Below, piece by piece: positions 28,672-36,106 of a stretch of 64,000 nucleotides of DNA. Position numbers and translations under genes: made by a program. The first letter of the stretch is position 1; each line of letters starts with the position of its first letter. Below the pieces are notes generated by a model. It ran no database searches. It was not told the DNA's origin and was given only the letters and a program-made list of their open reading frames with translations. The stretch is from a bacterium (GTDB lineage Bacteria > Patescibacteriota > Minisyncoccia > UBA6257 > UBA9933), in NCBI GenBank assembly GCA_021796335.1, contig JAJYHZ010000001.1, forward strand, positions 80,360 to 144,359. Direction: 5' to 3'.

Positions 28672-29382
28672 ATGGGAATTTTTAATTGGTTGTCTAGCAA
28701 TAAAACACAATCCACTAATAAGGACAAAATTACCGCCAAGCAAGTTTTAGATTTTTCTAAAACTTACGAGGAATTAAAACCATATTTTGCTCTCTTTGTG
28801 CATTTCTTTAAATCTATATTGGATAGTGAAAATGAAATTGAGCAGGCGGTAAAAGAAATTCAGTCCAAAACACAGCAAAATCTAAAAGAAGACCAGTTAT
28901 TCAAGGAGTTATGGATTTTACGCTATGTTTGTTTGCATATATGGTTTTTCGATCTCAAACCACCAAAAAATAAAACAGAATTATCCGATGAACTTTTGGT
29001 TATCAATAGCGCGCTTAAAAGTGTTTTGAAAGAAAAGAATAAATTAGATTATTTACCTTGGCTTAAAAATGGTCTGCCTGAATTTGCTGACGGTGAATTA
29101 AACTTTAATAGTCTGAAAAATTTTAGAAAAAATTTTTCAGACAAACTGACAGATAAAATCCCGCATATTGCGTTTGATTGCACAGAGGGGCGATTGGGCG
29201 GAGAATTACACGATTTTGTTATTGAGTTGGTCATGACAACAATTCAAGAAGATCAAAAAGTTTTCAGTATGAGCGATAATAAGACACTAACAGAGGAAGA
29301 AACAAAAAATATCAAAAATGTAATTGCAGAAATGAGCGACGCTAGACATAAAGCGGCGGAAGATTTTATAAATTCTCTATGA
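28672..29382 (+). CDS. hypothetical protein (236 aa), no recognisable domain
   Basis: intact ORF co-oriented in the cargo cassette. Confidence 0.5.
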   Translation: MGIFNWLSSNKTQSTNKDKITAKQVLDFSKTYEELKPYFALFVHFFKSILDSENEIEQAVKEIQSKTQQNLKEDQLFKELWILRYVCLHIWFFDLKPPKNKTELSDELLVINSALKSVLKEKNKLDYLPWLKNGLPEFADGELNFNSLKNFRKNFSDKLTDKIPHIAFDCTEGRLGGELHDFVIELVMTTIQEDQKVFSMSDNKTLTEEETKNIKNVIAEMSDARHKAAEDFINSL

Positions 29383-29816
29383 ATGATTATTTTCAAATCA
29401 TTTTTTCTGCTCTAACTTTACTCGGTGTCGGCGGCATTGTCGGCGGGTATATAACGTTTTTGCTTGATAAAAAGAAAGAGTTGGAATTTAAGCAATTAGA
29501 GCAGAAAGAAAAAAGATATAAATCCTGCCTTTTATACATGGATGTTTATTTTGAGCCGAAAAATATCAAATATCTTTCAAGTCGCCAACCAGATATTGAT
29601 AACGCCCAAGATGTCATAGAATATTTAAAAGCTGAATATCACGAAATGTTGCTTTATGCTTCAAAGGATGTAATTTTATCAGTAAAGGCATTTATCAATG
29701 ATCCGACCAGAGAAAATTTTTTGAAGACTGTTTTGAACATGAGGCAGGATTTATGGGTTAAGAAAAATGATTTAGAATTAGATAGTATTCGGATTGATTT
29801 TAAAAGAAAGAATTAA
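29379..29816 (+). CDS. hypothetical protein with N-terminal TM anchor (145 aa)
   Basis: ATGA overlap with the upstream gene; perfect 9-bp hairpin terminator GTGCCAGTT-TTC-AACTGGCAC follows at 29826..29848. Confidence 0.5.
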   Translation: MNDYFQIIFSALTLLGVGGIVGGYITFLLDKKKELEFKQLEQKEKRYKSCLLYMDVYFEPKNIKYLSSRQPDIDNAQDVIEYLKAEYHEMLLYASKDVILSVKAFINDPTRENFLKTVLNMRQDLWVKKNDLELDSIRIDFKRKN

Positions 29817-29842
29817 AGGCGGCGTGCCAGTTTTCAACTGGC

Positions 29843-30005
29843 ACGAAATTCGGCGGCGGCGGAAAGCGAGGGCGGGCAAAAATTCCTTCCCCCCAACCCC
29901 CTTCCTTTTTACCCGCCCGAGCGTTTCGGTTTTGCGCGCGAAGCGCGCAATCATTCGGAGTTTTGCTCAAAAAATGTTCGAACTTCGTCCAAAAAACACC
30001 GCCAA
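29843..30005 (+). repeat. R2 copy (+ orientation, 163 bp) ending in core-like CACCGCCAA
   Basis: exact inverted match to 27703..27865. Confidence 0.9.
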
Positions 30006-30107
30006 TAGTTTTGGAAAATGAGCAAGTAAAAGTCCTTATTTTACGGCACATTTTAAAAACGAAATTTACAAAAACCACTGAACCCCGAAGGGATTCGAAC
30101 TGAGACT

Positions 30108-30506
30108 ATGAACGACGAAATTCAAAAGATAATAAAGAAGAGCACTTTTAGAGTTGAAGAAGGCAGATTTGTGTATGCTCAAGTTTTAAATGCTCCGAGC
30201 GTAGACAAACACTTCATGGTAAGTAAAGATGCCGATGAAGTCACCGTAGTTACAAAAGAAGAGAATCTGCCAGAATTAGATATCAAAGAACGCAATAAAG
30301 ATTTTTATCGCTTGATTGCGCTAAATGTATCAATACCGTTCTACTCTGTTGGATTCCTAGCAACCATCAGCCAAGCAATAGCTGAACAAGGCATGAATAT
30401 TCTCATCGTATCTACCTATTCGAAGGATTATATTATGGTTAAGGATGATAAGTTGGAAAAAGCAAAGTCGGTCTTGATGGGACTCGGTTTTAAAGAAATC
30501 GGTTAG
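30108..30506 (+). CDS. ACT domain-containing protein
   Basis: C-terminal beta-alpha-beta-beta-alpha-beta-like segment GFLATISQAIAEQGMNILIVSTYSKDYIMV typical of ACT regulatory domains. Confidence 0.45.
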   Translation: MNDEIQKIIKKSTFRVEEGRFVYAQVLNAPSVDKHFMVSKDADEVTVVTKEENLPELDIKERNKDFYRLIALNVSIPFYSVGFLATISQAIAEQGMNILIVSTYSKDYIMVKDDKLEKAKSVLMGLGFKEIG

Positions 30507-30627
30507 TTTGATATAGCGGATTACAACGGATTATAGCGGTAATTAGCAAATCTTTTGAGCAAATTTTGGAATATCAAAATAAGCAGGATTTTCTTTGTAG
30601 ATTCTTCGCAAGTTCCGTATAATTTTA

Positions 30628-31020
30628 TCAACACGATAGAATGAAAACGCCCGTACTGGTTCTAACTTCGGGACATCGCCTCCGCCAATTTTTACTTTTT
30701 GTGAAATCGTAAGGAATTGCCTCGGCGCAAAGCGCCTCGGCATGATATTTTTCCGCAATTTTGAAGGCATTTTTGAAATCCAAAACCAAAGTGCGGTTGG
30801 TAATGCGGAAGTTTGAAAAACACCGCAGAATGAGATTTTGAGCGTACACACGCTTAATTTCTTTTTTATCTATCACGTTTTCCACAAGTTCTAACCTCCT
30901 GTGAATATGATTTATTTCTTTTGATATTTTTCCCATCACTAAAATTAACTTTTCAAGCAAGCACTGAATATTTTGTTTTGAAACGTAAATGGCTGTATAA
31001 TAAAAACAAATGTATAGCAA
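30628..31020 (-). pseudogene. remnant ORF containing a recombinase C-terminal fragment (RTLVLDFKNAFKIAEKYHAEALCAEA)
   Basis: 130-aa ORF whose middle matches the last about 40 aa of the serine recombinase; no catalytic domain. Confidence 0.5.
30676..30820 (+). repeat. diverged third R1 copy preceded by the 12-nt tRNA-Ser 3' duplicate CGCCTCCGCCAA (attR-like or remnant)
   Basis: about 98-bp near-identical core (30716..30813) to R1, with 2 mismatches; tRNA-proximal 40 bp diverged. Confidence 0.8.
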
Positions 31021-31032
31021 AAATTAATTAAT

Positions 31033-32037
31033 ATGAGAAAAGCAATTATTATTATTATAATTGTGATAGTTGTTGCTCTAATATTTATTATAGTTAAACA
31101 GAATTCCAGAATTAATTCACAAATTTCCAACTCCGCATCCACTGCAGCGAACAATGTTTCTTCGTCGACAAATAACATTCCTTCATCTTCTGTGGGTAAA
31201 ACCGAAGAAAAAACTCTAAACTTCCAGGGATTGGAAAGATATTACCTTATCCATTTTCCTTCCGGATTTGATCCAAACAAAACTTATCCCTTGGTTTTAT
31301 CCCTTCATGGCGGCGGCGGTAATCCGGCGGAATTTGAAACAAAAATGGGCTTCGACGCTTTAGCTGATCAGAGCGGCTATATTGTAGTTTATCCGGCTGG
31401 AACTGGCAGAACAAAATTACTGACATGGAATCCGGAAACCCATATTCAGGTTTATGCGTCCGAACATAACATTGACGATGTCGGTTTTATTAAAACATTG
31501 GTTCAACAGTTGGAAAAAGGCCAAAAAATAAATACTAATAGGATCTACATCGTGGGATATTCCAATGGCGCCATGATGACTCAGAGGATAGCTTCCACGT
31601 ATCCGGATATTTTTGCCGCAGCCGTTTCCGTGGCCGGAACAATCGGAGGTAGAGCAAACGTCAATGCGCCACTAAAAACTATCCAAAAACCGGCAGACCC
31701 GTTCTCATTTATGGAAATTCACGGCATGCAGGATAAAACAGTCAATTATTACGGCGGGCAGACTTCGCCCAGCATATTTTTCAACCAGTCAAACCGGATT
31801 GATCTTTCGGTAGCCGACACAATCAAGTTTTGGACCGATGCCGACGGATGCGCATCTGCCGCTCCGATTGTGACAAAAACTTCGGATTATACAAAAGATT
31901 TTTACGATAAATGCAAAAACGGGACAAACGTCACTCTCTATTCATTGAAAAATGCTACACACGATTCCATTTGGTCCGATCCGGCCGATATCTCGCAGAT
32001 CATCTGGAATTTTCTGAATAATCATATTCGTGGTTAA
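31033..32037 (+). CDS. secreted/membrane-anchored alpha/beta hydrolase (esterase, PHB-depolymerase-like family)
   Basis: N-terminal TM, HGGGG oxyanion region, GYSNGA nucleophile elbow. Confidence 0.6.
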   Translation: MRKAIIIIIIVIVVALIFIIVKQNSRINSQISNSASTAANNVSSSTNNIPSSSVGKTEEKTLNFQGLERYYLIHFPSGFDPNKTYPLVLSLHGGGGNPAEFETKMGFDALADQSGYIVVYPAGTGRTKLLTWNPETHIQVYASEHNIDDVGFIKTLVQQLEKGQKINTNRIYIVGYSNGAMMTQRIASTYPDIFAAAVSVAGTIGGRANVNAPLKTIQKPADPFSFMEIHGMQDKTVNYYGGQTSPSIFFNQSNRIDLSVADTIKFWTDADGCASAAPIVTKTSDYTKDFYDKCKNGTNVTLYSLKNATHDSIWSDPADISQIIWNFLNNHIRG

Positions 32038-32048
32038 ATCATTAAAAA

Positions 32049-32405
32049 ATGAAAAAAATTAAAAACCTGAACGAATATCAAAAACTGGCGAAAACGACTG
32101 CTAAAAAGTTTAAAAATAGAGATCTTGAAATTATGACATGGGGATTGGGAATTACGGGAGAAGCTGGGGATATTGCCGGGTGTATTAAAAAAACTATTGC
32201 CCACAACAATGATCAGACAGCCGGTATAAGGGAAAATGTCGGTGACACTCTTTGGTATGCGGCAATGATATGTAATTATTATAACTGGGATTTCGATGAT
32301 ATTTTGAAAGAAAATATTCAAAAACTTAGACAAAGACATCCCAGAGGATTTACCATCAAAACTGCCCGTCGGAAGGGGACAAGAATAGATTGGAACGAAA
32401 AATGA
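32049..32405 (+). CDS. MazG-like nucleotide pyrophosphohydrolase
   Basis: EAGDIAGCIKK...VGDTLWYAAMICNYYNWDFDDIL pattern of the MazG/HisE-like all-alpha NTP-PPase family. Confidence 0.55.
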   Translation: MKKIKNLNEYQKLAKTTAKKFKNRDLEIMTWGLGITGEAGDIAGCIKKTIAHNNDQTAGIRENVGDTLWYAAMICNYYNWDFDDILKENIQKLRQRHPRGFTIKTARRKGTRIDWNEK

Positions 32406-32438
32406 AATTTGTTATTCCCATTAAATTAAATAGAAAAC

Positions 32439-32879
32439 ATGGAAAACAACATTGAAAATGAATCATATAAAAAACTTAAAAAATTAATTGAATTAGCCGT
32501 ATTAAATACCGGTGAAAGTTGGGATGCTATTGATGAAGAATTGCCGCAATGCGCCAATGATGAATCATTTTTAAATTGGGCAAGATTAAATTTAAATAAT
32601 GAAAATTCCGGATTACGTGATCTATCCGCCACCGTTTTGGAAAAATCAAATTGCAACCTGGTTGACGAGAATATTAAAAATCTTGAAGTATTAATGAACG
32701 AAGACGACGAAAATCCCTATCCTAGCTTCAGGGCTGCCTGCGCTCTGGCATCACGATATCCCGATAAGAGAATAAAAGCGATTGACAATGAAATCCTTGC
32801 CAGGTTAAATGAATTTATTTCCGATACCAGCGTCGGCGATATTGCCAAAAAATACATAAATAAAATTAAACCCAAGTGA
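32439..32879 (+). CDS. hypothetical protein (146 aa)
   Basis: intact ORF, acidic, no motif. Confidence 0.4.
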   Translation: MENNIENESYKKLKKLIELAVLNTGESWDAIDEELPQCANDESFLNWARLNLNNENSGLRDLSATVLEKSNCNLVDENIKNLEVLMNEDDENPYPSFRAACALASRYPDKRIKAIDNEILARLNEFISDTSVGDIAKKYINKIKPK

Positions 32880-32937
32880 AATTTTTCTGGAAAAATCATA
32901 AATTGTAAAAAGGATACCCATTTGGTATCCTTTTCAA

Positions 32938-33711
32938 ATGTCATCCAAAACCCAGATAAAAAGCATTACTTTTTTATTTGTTTTATGGCTTATTATGGCC
33001 GCTTTGGGATTATTCCAATATAAATTCATTTCTCAATCATTCGTATCCCTTCTTGCGAGAATTCTGATATTCGTTACCTCGGGATTTTATCTTTTGATAT
33101 CTTATATCGGCAGAAAAAATATTTGGATTGCAATTTTTGCCTTGATTCTCATTATTTTTAATCCGTTTTATTCTATAATGGTCTTTAATCCGCTTGCCTT
33201 AAAAATTGCGTACATCCTGATTGCCTTAATTTCCGCGGGATTTATAATAGGCTATTACAACTCTTATCACAAGGGAGTTTTATTTGAGGAGTTCGTCGCC
33301 GAACGTTTTCCGGACGGCATCTGGACTATAGTTGACAGGACAAAAGATTCTACCAAAAAACTCGGCCGCAGGGTTGAGTCAGACCAGAATCCCGATTTTA
33401 TATTCCGGCACAATACGGCGGACAAAAAAATCGCGGTTGAATGCAAGTTTCGTTCTTATTTTTATAAAAACGGAATTGAAATTTTAAAAAATCAATTGGA
33501 AAATTATAAAAATTTTTCACAAAAAGAAAACATTCCCGTGCTTATTGCTGTTGGAATCGGGAATAGTCCCAAAAGTCCGAACAGATTTTTTATTATTCCC
33601 CTAGAGAAAGCCGAAAATTTGCTTGATCCGGTTTCCGGAGCAATCCCTAAATCAAAATTAAAAGAATTTGAAATCGATTCAAAGAAAGAATTCGTGAAAC
33701 CGGAAATTTAG
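32938..33711 (+). CDS. membrane-anchored PD-(D/E)xK nuclease-like protein
   Basis: four N-terminal TM helices then a soluble domain with PDFIF...(10)...AVECKFR, a canonical PD-x(n)-ExK arrangement. Confidence 0.45.
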   Translation: MSSKTQIKSITFLFVLWLIMAALGLFQYKFISQSFVSLLARILIFVTSGFYLLISYIGRKNIWIAIFALILIIFNPFYSIMVFNPLALKIAYILIALISAGFIIGYYNSYHKGVLFEEFVAERFPDGIWTIVDRTKDSTKKLGRRVESDQNPDFIFRHNTADKKIAVECKFRSYFYKNGIEILKNQLENYKNFSQKENIPVLIAVGIGNSPKSPNRFFIIPLEKAENLLDPVSGAIPKSKLKEFEIDSKKEFVKPEI

Positions 33712-33780
33712 TTTAGGGAAAATCGGTATCAGTAAAATCCTTAATTTTATTAATTGTATTAGATAATACTCTAATTAAAT

Positions 33781-33960
33781 TTAACTGGAGATGATTTAAA
33801 ATAAAAAGCCGCATAGCGGCTTTATAAATGGAAGTCTTAGCTCTCTCCATCGGAGAGAGCCGGGGATTACTTCCACTCTAACCGGAAAGATTCCTGTACC
33901 CCGTAGGGAATCTCTCCAAACATAAAAATTCAAGGTGCTGTTACTGTAATTTTATCAAGC
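33781..33960 (+). promoter_or_regulatory. hairpin-rich leader upstream of pheS (possible cis-regulatory RNA)
   Basis: consecutive perfect stems: GCCGC-ATA-GCGGC, GGAAGT..(GCTCTCTC-CATCG-GAGAGAGC)..ACTTCC, GATTCC-N12-GGAATC. Confidence 0.3.
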
Positions 33961-33989
33961 GCAATTAAATTATCAAGAACTGAAAAATT

Positions 33990-35171
33990 TTGCGATTATT
34001 CGGAAATTATGATAAATTATTCACTAATATGCCTCAGAATATTATTGTAAATAAAGACGAAGAAATCCGCCTGAAAAAAGAACTTGAAAAACGGAATGAT
34101 TTCGAAGCCTTAAGGATTAAAAGGTATTTAAATATGCCCGATTTGTCGCGAACTGAAGATAGTCCCATCCATGAGATCGTTCAACGAATAATCGCTCATC
34201 CCTATTTCAATGGCCTGGATATTATTCAGACTCCGGAAATCGTTCCGGCCAATATTAGTTTCGATTTATTTGATTTTCCCGCTGATCATCCGGCTCGCAG
34301 CAAATCCGACACCTATTACATTGATGATAAAAATATCTTGCGCACCCACACAACCGTAATGTGGTATTATTACTTGCGGGAAAATGACATCAAGAATCGC
34401 GTCGCGAACAATCAGCCTGTCGGCTGTTTCAGTTTCGGCAAGGTCTACCGCAAAGATGAAATTGATCGGCGCCACATGAACGTTTTTCATCAAATTGACG
34501 GATGGTATCTTTCTCCGAAGCCGCTGAAAACCATAACCCAGAAAGATTTGGAAGATGCGCTTGGAAATATTGCGTCTGCGGTATTCGGTCCGAACGTTAA
34601 ATATCGCCTCAATAATGATACGTTTCCGTACACAGATCCTTCTCTTGAAATGGAAGTCGAAATCGGCGGAAGATGGGTCGAAGTTGTCGGTTGTGGAGTT
34701 GTTAAAGGCAGCGTTTTGGAAAAACTCGGCGTGGATTCCAAAAATTACACCGGCTGGGCGTTCGGTTTCGGGCTGGAAAGATTGGCTATTAGCAGTATGG
34801 ATTTGCCCGATATCAGATTACTGTGGTCAGAAGATCCGCGCGTTACCAAACAGCTTAAACTCGGAAAGAAATTTGTTGAAGTCAGCAAATATCCGCCGAT
34901 TACTCGCGATATTTCTTTTGTCGTTGATAGTGATTTCATACCGAACGATTATTTTGATTTAATCCGCGAAATCGGAGGAAATTTGGTTGAGCAGGTAGAG
35001 CTTTTAGATAAATATGAAAATAAGGAAAAGTTTGGCCCTGGAAAAATAAGTTATACCTACAGAATTGTCTACAGAAGTCCAGAACGAACCCTTAAGTCGG
35101 AAGAAGTGGATCCGCTGCAGGAAAATTTATATAAGCAAACGGGGAAAGTTTACAACGCGCAAATCAGGTAA
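33990..35171 (+). CDS. pheS: phenylalanine--tRNA ligase, monomeric type: PheS catalytic core fused to a C-terminal FDX-ACB anticodon-binding domain
   Basis: class II motifs (FRPSYFPFTEPS-like, GWAFGFGLERL) plus C-terminal RDISFVVDSDF...GKISYTYRIVYRSPERTLKSEEV resembling the PheT/mitochondrial FDX-ACB domain; no pheT follows. Confidence 0.8.
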   Translation: MRLFGNYDKLFTNMPQNIIVNKDEEIRLKKELEKRNDFEALRIKRYLNMPDLSRTEDSPIHEIVQRIIAHPYFNGLDIIQTPEIVPANISFDLFDFPADHPARSKSDTYYIDDKNILRTHTTVMWYYYLRENDIKNRVANNQPVGCFSFGKVYRKDEIDRRHMNVFHQIDGWYLSPKPLKTITQKDLEDALGNIASAVFGPNVKYRLNNDTFPYTDPSLEMEVEIGGRWVEVVGCGVVKGSVLEKLGVDSKNYTGWAFGFGLERLAISSMDLPDIRLLWSEDPRVTKQLKLGKKFVEVSKYPPITRDISFVVDSDFIPNDYFDLIREIGGNLVEQVELLDKYENKEKFGPGKISYTYRIVYRSPERTLKSEEVDPLQENLYKQTGKVYNAQIR

Positions 35172-35282
35172 ATAATCGTCCCAAGTTGATTATCAGGGAA
35201 AAAATAATTCGGAACGCGGCAATTTACATTTAAATTTAAAGAATTCAAATTTAAATGTAAAAACTGTTGTTCTATTATCAGG

Positions 35283-35648
35283 ATGTCTGAAGAATCATTA
35301 GGCCCAATTTCGGATACAAATTCCAATCAGGAAAAAGAAGATGCGCTTGAAGAAGTTTTGAAAGGCGTGAATACCGGTCTAGCGCAGGCAAAAACAAAGC
35401 TTGTCGATTTGAAAGCCATTCTGCTCAATCTTTTGGAATCGAACCTTTTCGCTTCGGAAGCCACTTATTACGAAAATTACGGGGAAGCCATTGAAAATAT
35501 TGAAAAAAATATCGAAAGAACGGAAAAAATTATAAGCGATATGGAAACCGTAAAATCGAAACTGGAGGTATCTGTAGAAGAATTGAAAAAGCTTAATGGA
35601 GAGATGGTTAATCTTCTCGATCAGTATAAATCCGGACAAGCGCGATGA
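35283..35648 (+). CDS. hypothetical coiled-coil protein (121 aa)
   Basis: intact ORF. Confidence 0.4.
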   Translation: MSEESLGPISDTNSNQEKEDALEEVLKGVNTGLAQAKTKLVDLKAILLNLLESNLFASEATYYENYGEAIENIEKNIERTEKIISDMETVKSKLEVSVEELKKLNGEMVNLLDQYKSGQAR

Positions 35649-36106
35649 TAAACACTCCGCATCTTTTGGCCGGAGCCGCTATTGGCTCCGAAATTCATAA
35701 TCCCTGGATTGTCGCAATTGCAGCCATAATTTCTCATTTTATTTTAGATTCAGTTCCTCATGCCGAATATAACATAGATGGAGTTAAAGACGGTAAAATA
35801 GACAAGCGGTTTATAAAAGATTTTGTCAAAATTTTACTTGATTTATTTTTCGGGTTGACTTTAATAGTGTTGTTTGCGTACAAATCTCCTTATTTCAATT
35901 ATATTATTGAGGGCGCTTTATTCGGAATTTTTCCCGATTTTTTGCTTTTTATCACCTATATTTTCCCGCTGAAATTATTGAAAACTATCGCCGAATTCCA
36001 TTACAAAATTCACTGGTTTTTGGGGAAAAAGATTTCAGGAAATATTTTGGTAATGAGTCAGGTGATTTTCTCTGCTGTATTTATATTGCTTTTAATCGAA
36101 CATTAA
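35645..36106 (+). CDS. hypothetical membrane protein (153 aa)
   Basis: ATGA overlap; 4-5 hydrophobic helices. Confidence 0.4.
   Translation: MINTPHLLAGAAIGSEIHNPWIVAIAAIISHFILDSVPHAEYNIDGVKDGKIDKRFIKDFVKILLDLFFGLTLIVLFAYKSPYFNYIIEGALFGIFPDFLLFITYIFPLKLLKTIAEFHYKIHWFLGKKISGNILVMSQVIFSAVFILLLIEH

Larger units (their letters stand above)
25950..30830. mobile_element. integrative element inserted at the tRNA-Ser 3' end: large serine recombinase, nested perfect inverted repeats (R1, R2), XRE-family regulator and cargo genes, plus a degenerate third R1 copy with tRNA 3' fragment (possible tandem remnant)
   Basis: recombinase stop lies inside the tRNA; 12-nt tRNA 3' duplicate CGCCTCCGCCAA at 30677..30688; 130-bp and 163-bp identical repeats; R2 is GC-rich and atypical for this genome. 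Confidence 0.65.

Noticed and set aside
30061-30110. tRNA fragment suggested by GGATTCGAAC (T-loop-like) upstream of the ACT-domain gene
   Set aside because: No complementary T-stem or acceptor strands. It is more simply a CCC-UUCG-GGG tetraloop hairpin on the minus strand.
33781-33960. Assigning the pheS leader to T-box or SRP RNA
   Set aside because: There is no T-box consensus (AATTAGGGTGGNACCGCG). There is also no SRP domain IV AGCAGCC / GGAA symmetric-loop motif. It is kept only as an unclassified structured leader.
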